64,000 bases of DNA from an uncultured Flavobacteriales bacterium (GTDB lineage Bacteria > Bacteroidota > Bacteroidia > Flavobacteriales_F > PHOS-HE28), in contig CAWFCK010000017.1 in assembly GCA_963814325.1 (NCBI GenBank), positions 47,855-111,854 on the forward strand, given 5' to 3'. The translations under genes were made by a program, and so were the position numbers. Below are positions 37,251-48,929 of this stretch, one piece after another. Positions within the stretch are counted from its first letter, which is position 1; each line of letters starts with the position of its first letter. The notes beneath the pieces were generated by a model that saw nothing but the letters and a program-made list of their open reading frames with translations, ran no database searches and was not told the origin of the DNA.

Positions 37251-40200
37251 ATGGCGCGATGGTCCTTCAGGAGCATCGGGGCTTTGCTGTTCCTTCTGGT
37301 GACGCTGATCGTGCTGCTGTTGCTTCCGCGTGTGCAGACCTGGGTGGGGGGCAAAGTGGCCGACAAACTGAGCCGGGACCTTGGGATAACCGTGCGGATC
37401 GACCGCATCGAACTGCGCCCGTTCGGTCCCAACCGACTGCATGGTGTGTTCGTGGCGGACCTCAACGGGGATACACTGCTTACAGCCGATGAACTATGGA
37501 TCCGTGGTCTGAAGGTGAACACCAAGGACCACCTCGTGAAGGTGCGTCGCATCGAGTTGCACGACACCCGCTTTGCCTTGGCGAAGGCGCAGGGAGATCC
37601 GCACAGCAACCTCACGAACATCCTGAACAAGCTCGCCGGAGCGGATACCACCACAGGCGGAGCTGCCTGGAACATCCAGTGCGGTGATGTCGATATCCGG
37701 CGCCTGCACTTCACGTACCATGATGCGAACACGCCACCGATCCCCTTCGGCGTTGATTTCCATCATGTGGACGTGAACACGGCGGACATCGTGGGCTCGC
37801 ATCTGGGCGTTGCCGGGGATTCCGTGCTGATCGACCTGGAACGTATCGCCTTGAACGATCGCAGCGGACTGGACCTTCGGGAGCTCAGCGGTCGCACGCA
37901 ACTGAGCCCGCGTGGATTGAGCATCGACGGCATGCGCATACGAACGGCCGATTCCGACCTGCATGGCAGGCTGCAATTCACCACCACGAGCTTCGCGGAC
38001 TACGATGCCTTTGAGTCGAACGTGATCATGCGCGTGGACCTGGACAGTTCGCGGCTGCAGTTCGCCGACATCGCGCTCTTCGCGCCGGACCTTCAGGGCA
38101 TCGATCTGCCATTGTACATCAGTGGCCGGTTCAGGGGCACGGTGAATGAACTGAAGGGGCGCGACATGGACCTTCGCTTCGGCGAGCACTCACAGTTCAA
38201 GGGCGCTGCTGAACTGAGCGGGTTGCCGGACATGCCCAACACCTTCATGGTCATCGATGTGGAGCGGTTCACGGCGTACCCTTCGGACCTCGCGGCAATA
38301 CCGGTGCCTCCGTTCATGGAGCGGGCCCGTTTGCAGCTGCCCGAGGAAGTGAAGCGCCTCGGTGTGGTCTCCTTCAATGGCAACTTCACCGGCTTCATCA
38401 ATGCGTTCACTGCATACGGACGCAGCACCACGGAACTGGGCGCGGTGACAACGGACATCACCTACGACCGCGATACGGTCAGCGGATACTTCCAGGTGCG
38501 TGGGCAACTGGCCACCGATGGATTCGAACTGGGGCGCATGCTGGGCGATGCCACCGTTGGGCGCATTGCCACCAATGTGAAGGTGAAGGCCAGTGGACGG
38601 AACCTCGCGACGTTGAAGGCGAGCATTGAAGGCACGGTGCCGTCCATCCACGCCGCCGGATTCGATGTGGGCGGCATTGCGCTGAACGGGCAGTTGGAGA
38701 AGAACCTCTTCAACGGTCATCTGGAGTGCGATGATCCCAAAGCCCAATTCACCTTCGATGGACTGGCCGATCTGCGTGGCCGTTGGCCCAAGGTGGACTT
38801 TACGGCCGATGTGACCCAACTGGACCTGCGGGCCTTGGGCCTGATCGGTGGCGAAGGCTACAGTTCCATCTCCATGAAGGTCGCTGCACAAGGCGAACTG
38901 GCTCCGGACAGCCTGAAAGGTTCCATCCACCTGAAGAACGTCAGCTACTGCGACGATTCCTGCACCCTGTTGATCGGCGACCTGGACCTGCGCAACATGC
39001 GCGAAGGAGGCTCGCCGGTCCTCGAGCTGCGCAGCGACCTGGCGGACGCCACCGTGCGTGGTCCCTTTTATCCAACGCGGCTTCCACTGGCGATAAAAAG
39101 TGTGGTCTACAGTGTCTTTCCCGCCCTTCAGGACGAGGTGGTCTACGACCAGGAGGAACAGGACTTCACCTTCGACCTGCTCGTGAAGAACGCCCAGCCC
39201 CTGTTGGACCAGGTGGCTGCCGGGTTGAAGGTTGACAGTGGTCTGGTGGTCTCCGGTTCATTTGACAGCCGGACCTTCGACATGGGGCTATCGGCGCACA
39301 TACCGCATATCCAGTATGGAGCCATCAGCGGCGATTCGGTGGATGTGGTCATGGACAAGACGCTTGATCTGCTGGCCTTCCGTTTCCGCAGCGACCGGCA
39401 GGTGCTGAGTACGGGCGGTGCCTACCTGAGCGGCATCACCCTCACCGGCAAGGCGTACCAGGATGAAGTGCAGCTGACGGCCGGCTGGACCGGAAGCGAT
39501 GCCGGGACGGGCGGCGAATTGAACATGAACGCGCTGGTGCTGAACGATCACAGCATCACCATCGACGTGCTCCCGAGCAAGTTGTACTTCGGTCGTGGCG
39601 ACTGGCACAACGAGCGCACCGCCACCATACTCGTTGATACCTCCAGCATCTCCGTTGATTCCTTGGAGCTGATGAACGGCAAGCAATATGTCATGTTGAA
39701 CGGTACGGTGAGCCGCGACCCCACCACCGCGCTCAACTTCGATCTGCGCGACGTTGACCTGGACAATGCCGCACCGTTCTACAGCGGCCCCCCGCTGCAC
39801 GGGCTTCTAGGCGGTGATGGTCGCGCCTTCGATCTGTACCGCCATCCTTATCTGCTGAGCTACCTGTGCGTGGACAGCCTTGCCGTGGACAAGTATCCGG
39901 TGGGTGATCTGGTGGTCAGCGCGTCATGGAACAACGAGCGCAATGTGATCGACCTCAACGGTGAACTCCGTCGGGATACCTTGAAGATGTTGGGCTATAG
40001 CGGGATCCTCGCGCCCGGTCAGGAGGAGCGAACTGAAGTTGGCGCTGACCTTCGATCGCTTCGATCTGTTGTTCCTGGAGCCCTATCTGCCTTCTGCGAT
40101 AAGCGATGTGCAGGGAAGGCTTTCAGGCCAGGTGGCCATCACGGGCAAGCTTGCCGACCCGCAGATGAACGGGCAGGCCATGTTGGAGGATGCCGGTCTC

Positions 40201-41661
40201 CGGATCAACTATCTCAACACCAAGTACACCTTCAGCCACCCGGTGACCATCCGGCCGGACGCGTTCTGGATGGATGGGGTCACCCTGCATGATGAGGTGG
40301 GGGGAACGGCCGTGGCCAGTGCATTCACCATCAACCACAAAGCCTTCTCCAAATGGAACTTCGACGTTGCGGCCGAGCTCAACTCGATGATGGTGCTCAA
40401 TACCACCTACAGCGATAATGATCGGTACTATGGGCGGGCGTTCGGTTCGGGTGAATTGTATGTTGACGGCTACACCGAGAACCTGGGCATCACGGTGGAT
40501 GCGCGCACCACGAGCGGCACGGACATCCATTTCCCGCTTGGTGGTAGCGCGGACATCGGTGGCATCCCGTATGTCCGGTTCCTTTCGGGCGATGCCAAGA
40601 GCGACTCGCTGAATTTGCCGCTGGATCTGACGCGGGGTGCACCTGGACATGAAGGTGGGCATCACACCGGATGCACATTTCGAACTGATCTTCGATCCAA
40701 CGGTGGGCGACATCATGAGCGGCCGGGGCCGCGGAGATATCGCCATGATGATCACTCCCAGCGGTGAGTTCACCATGCGCGGGGATGTGGAACTTACACA
40801 AGGCGAATACCTCTTCACGCTGCGCAACCTGGTGAACAAGAAGTTCACCGTGGATCCCGGCGGGCATATCACCTGGTACGGCGACCCCTTCGATGCCCAG
40901 TTGAACATCAATGCCGTGTATAAGCTGCGAGCCCCCCTCTACGACATCATGCCAGTGGGTGAGCGTACCGAGGCCTACCGCAAACGTGTGCCGGTGGAAG
41001 TGCTCATGCAGTTGAGCGATAAATTGATGAACCCCCAGATCGACTTCCAAGTGCGGTTGCCTTCCGTGGACGAAGGGACCCGCACCCAGGTGGCGAGCAT
41101 CCTGGGCGACAAGGACAAGCTGAACCGGCAGGTCTTCGGCCTTATCGTGGTGAACAAGTTCATTCCCGAGGATGTCGGATCCTCACCGGGATTCGCTGTG
41201 GATGCGCGCACGGGCGGGGCCACAACACTTTCGGAGTTCGGCAGCAGCCAGTTGAGCAATGCGTTGAGCAAGCTCACGGACCAGGTGGACATCGGCGTGA
41301 ACTACCGACCAGGCTCGGCCATTGCTGCCGATGAATGGGAAGTGGCCCTGGGCACGGCCGTGTTCAATGATCGCGTGCAGCTGAGCACCAACGTGGGTGT
41401 GGCCACCGGCACGGCCGCAGCACGGCAGGGCAACCAGTTCCTGGGCGACTTCAGTGCCGAATACCTGATCACGCGCGACGGCAAGCTGCGCTTCAAGGCC
41501 TTCAGCCAGAGCAATGATCGCAACCTGAACCAGTTAACCAGGCGCTCACCACCCAAGGGGCCGGCCTTGCCTACCGTGAGGAGTTCGACACCCTCGGAGA
41601 GTTCTTCTCCAAGATCGGCGATCTGTTCCGCAAAAAGGGGCACGAGCGACCGGTGGAGTAG
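37251..41661 (+). CDS. tamB: Translocation/assembly module TamB (AsmA-like) protein (frameshifted)
   Basis: N-terminal TM followed by PRVQT; long beta-rich body; C-terminal GGHITWYGDPFDAQLNINAVY...LNRQVFGL...DGKLRFKAF; divergent from tsaD as is usual in Bacteroidota. Confidence 0.85.
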
Positions 41662-42031
41662 GTACTGCCGGACCTGTACAGTGAGCTTCACGTTGCACAT
41701 GGGCTTTTTGGGTGGATCGATCCACCCCCTTCGTTCGGCTGGATCCCTCATCGCAACCCGCTGCTGGCAGAACACATGTGACGCTCTGTTCCCGTCGTGC
41801 GCTCCTAACGCGCATTTTTCTTTGGAAACCAGCCCTCGCCAACACCTCTGAGATGAATACGAACGTTGGCCTTGCTTCGGCGAACGACAGGATAGGCGGT
41901 CGTTCAGGGAACCAATTGTTCACAACTTTCCCTCAATATACCCGATCCCGGGTATTTTTCCATAGCTTCATCTGCCCCTGCTTCGTCATCGCTCCCGCCG
42001 CCCAAGGTGTGGAGCGTTAAACCCAACAAGC

Positions 42032-45000
42032 ATGATGCAGTCGTTATGGACAAGTCAGCGGCCAGGGTACAACGCCATGGTCGAGGTGGGGCAGAAGCGA
42101 TCTGCAAGGCCCGCCAGTGCTGCGAAATTCACATGGGGGGGGTAATTCTCCTCGCGCTGCTTTTCGTTGATCCTGGGCGCAGTGTTGGACAGGTTGCTGA
42201 AGTGATATGGGAGGGGAACCACTCAGTTCATGAACTACCCCCTGGCCGTGATTGGACACGTGTTCCAGGAGCGCTTCCATCCGACGCGAACTACTATGAT
42301 TACGTGGATCAAAGCTCTTCGGTCTTCCGCACCAACGCAGAGTCGCTCATTGACTGGTTGAACTGCGTGGTGAAGCTCTACGTGGGCGGGGTCCATGTTG
42401 GCTATGTTGCCTCGGGATATGCATTTCCCACGAATTGGATGTATCGGGTCGATGATTGCACCCAAGCACTCCCTGTGGAGTGGAACGTTGCACCTCAGAC
42501 CGGCTTTCTCTGGGAGACATATGACAAGTGGAGCGCTTTCTACCAGATGCTGACCGTTGCACGTTTCGACCTACAAGGCAATATGGTCTGGCATAGGGCC
42601 TATCACAGCGGGCAAAGCTTCGGACTCATTCAGGACAGTGAGGGTAACATAGTGGTCACCGGAGAGATACGCGACGGGAAGCCTGTTACCTCCCCCAACG
42701 GGGCCACCGCTCCATGGGCCAACGTGCCGATCTTTATGGACCCCACCACGACCACTCAAACGGATATGGCCACGGTGGTTTGTACCAGTGCTCAAAAGCT
42801 TCTGGTCGTGGACAAGATCGATCCCGATGGGAACCTGCTCTGGAGCCACACCTTTACCGCACCAAGTAATACTTTTCCTGGGCCCAACGCCCGTTCGCTC
42901 CGGACTTTTGGCAAGTCCATTGTGGAGACACATATCAACGGACAACTCGGTTATCGTGTGGTGGGCTATGCCAATGTCAACGTCTCGGATCCGTCGACCC
43001 CGCTCTATAAAGGGCGCCCTTTCGTGGTGGATATGGATGGAAATGGGCTCTTCAATTGGAAGAAAGTGTTCACCGATTTCGCCTCGACCGGCGATGGCGA
43101 TGCTTGGTACATCGCACGGCATCCTGATCCCGCAATGGAACGCTACGTGGTTTGTGGGACGGGTAGGCGTACCGGTTCGCCAAATCAAAGCGTTTGGCTC
43201 ATGTATTTCAATGAGAATGATGCACAGAACCCAGCCTGGGTCAAGGATACCTATACCGATAATGCGCTGTTCCCTGGGGTGGATATCACCAGACCCCAAC
43301 TGGCTACCCGCGTCACTTTCGCCGTGAACGGCCCCACCACCGGTATTGTTTGGCCTGTGCTCACCAATTTCTACGGGGGCACTAGCGGCAGCTTGGACCA
43401 TGAGGCTACGGGCAAGCTCTTCCGCTTCGGCCTGAACGGTGTGCCTGACCCCAATTGGACCATACCCGGCCTGGGGATGATGCGAGGGTATGAGATCCAC
43501 CTGTCAGCCATACAAACGCAGGACGGCTCCATCGCCGTGGCCAGCACCAAACGACCCGGCCCGTGGTCATTGAGCAACCCATTTACATGGCCCAATGTTG
43601 ACCCCGCGGTCAAAAACTGCCTGGTGGGCGCAGGTCGTTCCCCGAATGTTTCCGATGGCTATTGGGACTTCGACCGAGATGGGACCGGAACAACATTCGT
43701 CGCATTTGATTGGGCTGGTTACCTTAGCAGTAGCCTGAACACGGGGAATTGGCTCTCCGAAAGCTATGTGGCCAAATTGGATGCGCTTACCGGTGCACTT
43801 CAGTGGCAGTTCCAGTGGAGCGAGGATATCCCCATAGACCCGAACGAGTTCTGTGCTCTGGGTAATCTGCGCGGACGCCAATGCAGCTTCATGCTAACTG
43901 AGGATCCGGACGGTGGCCTTGTGGTGTGCGGCAACAGCGGCCATACAGGGGACGATGGCTACTTGGCCAAGATCAAGTACACGTGCGAGAACAAGGCATC
44001 CCTCTACACCGCCTTCCATGCGCTCTACCCTTACAACCAGAGCAACGTGTACACCCTTCCGCCACCAACACCACCTGGAGCACCAGCATGAACGTGCATG
44101 GCAGTGTAGTGGTACCTTCGGGAAAGACATTGACGATCAACAACAACGCCGTGATCTCCTTCGCCGACAGTCGCCGCATCGGCTACACCACCAACATCGT
44201 GGTGCAACCAGGCGGCACCCTGAACGTGATGAGCGGTGCGCTCCTCACCAACATCGGGCCCTGTGGCGATGGCATGTGGGACGGAATCAAAGCCCTGGGC
44301 AATACGAACCTCGCACAGTCGCCCACCAACCAGGCCACGGTGCAAGTGACCAGCGGCGCCACCATCGAGAACGCCTTCGTGGCCGTGCTCGCTGCGAATG
44401 CGGACATCAACGATCCCGTGAACAGCACCGCCACCCAGCGCGGCGCCCGCGTGATCTGCACCAACGCCACTTTTAAGAACAACATCTACGACGTAGTGCT
44501 CCGGCCATACACCACTGCGGACGGCAGCACCGTTACCAAGTTCCACGAGTGCGACTTCCTCACCACCAGTGCGCTCAATTACACGGACAGGACGCCGAAG
44601 ATCCACCTCTATGCGAACACCTATCCGCGCCTCAACATCAAGGGCTGCACCTTCGATGGTACACACCCGGGGCTGGTTGGTAGCAACGTGGCCGCACGGG
44701 GCAAGGGCATCGAAAGCTTCGACACCGACCTGCGCATAGCTCCCATGAATGGCCGGAACCCCACCTTCCTCAGCTTGGAAAGTGGCTGTTTCGCCAGCAA
44801 TGCCGCCAACGCCAAAACCGTACGCATCGATTGGGGTCAGTTCACCAACTGCGGCCATGGCCTGGGTATCCTGTTCGCCAACCCCGCGCATGTGACCAAT
44901 TGCGATTTCAAAGAACCCGATCTGGACATGGTGGGGCAAGGGTTGGGAGCGCCGGTGTACGGTACGTATCTGGAAAAAACACTGACCATCCTTTTTGAGC

Positions 45001-46705
45001 ACAATAGCTATTGGGCGGCCGGAGTAGAAGGCATGGAGCCGCCGTATGGAAATCCACTTGTAGGCAGCACCTTCAACGCCATTGGAGAGAACAGCAACCG
45101 CTTCTTCGACAACAAGTACTACGGCTTCAAAGCCAACAACGGTGCGCAATACAGCGCGGCTGTCACCATCCAGGGTGATAATGATGGTCCAGGCCTTGGT
45201 GACGGCCTGCAGTTCAAGTGCAACCAATTCAGCTTCTCGCCTCCGGGCGGCGATGACGATTACGACCTCGCCTTTACCGGGCCCGGAGTGAGCGTGGGGG
45301 ATAGACAGGGTGGTAATACGGATGCGCAAGCACCTGCTGGGAACACCTTCCTGATGAACTGCGCGGGTGAGGCGCACATGAAGGTGGATGATGTGCCCAG
45401 CAACACGGGCCTGTACTTCCAGTATTGGCACCATACATGGACCTCCACGGCACAGGTAGTACCAACCTGCTTAACCAACCCACCGTTGGTTCCATATTCC
45501 ACCGCCGTGCCACCATTTTCCCCCACGCCCGGTACCATCAATATGGATGCGAACCTACAATTCAATAGGGCGATAGCGTGCGGCGGTGGAGCCATGATGT
45601 TGATGGCCAGCGGTGGCCAGAACGCGGCGAACGCGGTTTCCAATGCCGCCAGCGAGCGCACCACTTTGAAGGCCGTGTACGACAATTGGACGGACGGTGG
45701 CAATACCGAGGGCTTGGCGGACTACGTACGCAACCTAGCGAACACCAGCTACCAGGTGCGTAACCAGTTGATGCTGGTGGCACCCAAGGTGAGCAGTGAC
45801 GTGTGGAAACTGGTCTTCTACCGTGAAGTGCCGATGAATTCCTGGCATTTGGCGCAGGCCCTCATCGCCAACAGCCCCTTGGAACCGGAGGTGTACCGCA
45901 TGATGGAGGAAAGTGAGCTTACCGCCTACTACAAGCAACTGGTAGCGAACGAGCAAGGCGGCATGAACATGCAGACCATCATGGAAAGCGAATTGGCCTA
46001 TTGGGAGAGCGAGCAGAGCCAAGCACTTTTCGTGTACTCGGCACTGGCGTTGGAAGAAGATGCGACCGTGACTATCGCCGATGCCATTAGCCCTGCACCA
46101 ACAATATCACGGTGGCAGGTAGTAACGAGGCGATACATCTGTTGCGCATGGCCGCAGGAGATCACGCTACGGCGCGCGCAGCGATGAACGATGTGCTCGC
46201 GGGCGATCACAGTGGCTGGTGGGATGTGCAGAACATCAACCTCACCCTGCAGGAAACCGGCGCTGAAGCGCTCAGTCCTTCTCAGATCGGTACGCTCCAA
46301 ACGCTTGCAGCAACCGACGGCGACGGCAGCGCACCAGCCCGTGCATGGTTGGGAGCCATCAACGGCGAACGACCTGTTGTGGAGGTGATCCTGCCGGGTA
46401 CGGGCACCCGCATGTTCATGGGCGGGCGTGCAGGAATGGAGCTTATAGTTCCAGAGCTGCTCGGCATCTACCCGAACCCCACAAAGGGCGACGCATACAT
46501 CACCTACCAATTGCCGGAAGGCGCTGAGCAGGGCACCCTGGAAGTACATGACCCCACAGGGCGCTTGTTGCTAGCAAAGAACCTGCAAGTCGGTGGCGGT
46601 ATCGTGGAGTTGCCACGCGCACAACTAGGTGCTGGCGCTTACGTGGTGGGCTTGAAGGCGGATGGCCTGCGTGTGGCTACCGGTAAGTTCATTGTACAAC
46701 GCTGA
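42032..46705 (+). CDS. Large T9SS cargo protein 'A': N-terminal propeller-like region, parallel beta-helix region, helical region and CTD (frameshifts ~42140, ~44060, ~46110)
   Basis: Signal h-region VILLALLFVDPGRSVGQ; blade-like repeats (QDSEGNIVVTG, EDPDGGLVVCG); beta-helix-like VVVPSGKTLTI, WDGI, NIKGCTF, NCDF; CTD IYPNP...VHDPTGR...GAYVV...KFIVQR. Confidence 0.75.
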
Positions 46706-46708
46706 GCT

Positions 46709-48288
46709 ATGAAGAGCAGGCTTTTCGCATGCTTGCTTGTGATCCTGCTGCACGGGGGCTTCTGCTCCCGTGCAGCCGCACAAGGTGGCTTCCAAGTACG
46801 GCACGATGCATTTGGTCAGGGTCATTCCCGCTCTTGTTTCGGGTTCGAACAAAGCAGCGATGGATCGTTCGTGCTGTTCGGGAATGGCATGTACTACAAT
46901 TGGGATGACAGCCTATTGTACAGTTCAGTGGTTTCTGCGGAGCGCTTTTCGGCAAACGGCTCATTCCTGAATGAGGACACTGTGCTTGTGCCATTGATCG
47001 CTACGTATGTGGGGTGGTCCAATTGCTCAACAAAGTTGCCCGACGGCCGCATTGTGGTATCGGGTGGGTTCTCGGAGGATCCAGATACGAACCGGATCGC
47101 GATCTATCTGGTTCAGCCCGGATGGTACAGCGCTGGATCATGTTACTATCCTACCCAATTCGCGCTCATGGATCGCCTACCAGCACAAGAACACTCCTGA
47201 TGGCGGTTTCATTCTCACGGGTGTCACGTCCGCCACCGGCCTGCAAGACATCTTCCTTTTGAAGACCGACAGCCTGGGCAATGTGCAGTGGTGGCAGACC
47301 TATGGGCACCCTACCAGGTTGGATTATGCGACCTCGGTCGATCTTTTGCCCGATGGTGGTTACTGCATCGGTGGCATCTATCAACAAATACCCTGGTGGT
47401 GGTGGTCAATATGTGCAGTGGGTGCTACATACTGATAGCCTGGGAGGATTGATATGGGAGTACCTTGGTGGAGCGCCGTCGTACGATGCTGCGAATGCCG
47501 CAGTGCTCTCCACCGCTGATGGCAATATGGTATATGCTGCGGCCAAGTTCGTTGGCGGACCGGATCAAGGCCAGAAGCCTGAAATGGTGAAGATGGATGT
47601 GGATGGCAATGTACTTTGGGAGAAGACCTACGGTGATTCCGTCTTTGCAACGGGCTTTTTTTCGGTAGCTGAAGTGCCTGTCAATGGCGATTCTGATCGC
47701 CTGCGGGCAGAAGTGGTTCCAAACCGATGGCGGCTTCGCTTACCGCAAGGGCATTTTGGTGCGGGCGAACAGCGAGGGCGATAGCCTATGGATGCGGGAG
47801 TATGTCTACTACGACAGTTTGATGAATGATGGTCAAGGTCTATTTCGCGATGTGCAACCTACAGCAGATGGTGGCTTTGTAGCCGTTGGTCAGACGGCAG
47901 GTAGCATCAGCGGCAACAACCCACCGGGCCTCAGCCAGGATGTGTGGGTGGTGAAAGTGGATACAGCCTGGGCTGCATCATTCCCGGCTGCGATGATTTC
48001 AGCACGGTGATCACCATGCAGGCCACAAACCTGAGAGATGCTCTTGCGGTGTATCCAAACCCTGCGAGGGAAAGCACTACGGTGAATGTCGCGCTATCTG
48101 CGGGTTCGTCTTTGGTGGCCGACCTGCGCTTGCGGTTGGTGAGCGCGCAAGGGCAGGAAGTGCTGGTGCAACGCGCCGCGCTCGGCGAGAACCAATTGTC
48201 GCTTCATGGACTGGCTGGGGGCATCCACTACCTGCACCTTACGAGTGGTACCACTTGGTTGAGCGGGACCAAACTCCTTGTGGAATGA
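46709..48288 (+). CDS. T9SS cargo protein 'B1' (beta-propeller-like + CTD), frameshifted
   Basis: Signal peptide ending RAAAQ; repeats TPDGGFILTG/LLKTDSLGNVQW, PTADGGFVAVG; GCIIPGC linker; CTD VYPNPA...GIHYLHL...KLLVE. Confidence 0.8.
48071..48225 (+). repeat. 155-bp direct repeat, copy 1 (B1 CTD)
   Basis: Matches 50248-50402 with 4 mismatches in a manual alignment. Confidence 0.9.
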
Positions 48289-48926
48289 TGTTCACGAACG
48301 GACTATTGAGCGCAGGGTCGCGAGGCGCAGACCCTGCGCGAGGGAAAGAACTGGTTCGCCTGCACATCGCGAACGCTGACCTTCAGAGTGCTCGCGCCTT
48401 GGTGAACCAACAGGTGGTTGCAACGCCGTGCACATGGTGGTACGTGCAGGACCTTTGGCTGTCGCACTTGGAGGATGGCCAAGACCCGGATGCCATGGAC
48501 AATGCGTTGCGCCTGCAACTCGAAACCCTCGCCGCTACGGATGACATTGGCGCAGGTGTGGCGAGAGCTGGTTGGCTGCGGCGGGTTTACCCTACCAGGC
48601 AGATGTGATCCTGCCTTCGCTCAACCGCGCCGCACAAGCCTACCCAGATCGCCACCAGGGTATCTCACCGACTTGCTGCGCTGAGTGTACACCCGAACCC
48701 TTCGCAGGGAGAGGCCTATATCACGTACAACTTGCCGGAGGGAATGACCGAGGCGAGCATTGAGGTGATCGATGCGACCGGTCGCATGGTCTGGAACGAA
48801 ACCACAGGGCGCTCAAGTGGAATTGTGGAGTTGCCACGGCGTGTTTTGCTGCCAGGGCTTTACCACATCGCTTTGCTTTCTGAAGGTGTGCGGATCGAGA
48901 GCATCAAATTCACCACGATCCGCTGA
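48285..48926 (+). CDS. Orphan C-terminal fragment 'A-prime' (helical region + T9SS CTD, no signal peptide), frameshifted
   Basis: LETLAATDDIGAGVARA, DVILP, HPNP-GEAYITYNLPEG and GIVELPR align with the A C-terminus (LQTLAATDGDGSAPARA, EVILP, YPNP-GDAYITYQLPEG, GIVELPR). Confidence 0.7.
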
Positions 48927-48929
48927 ACC

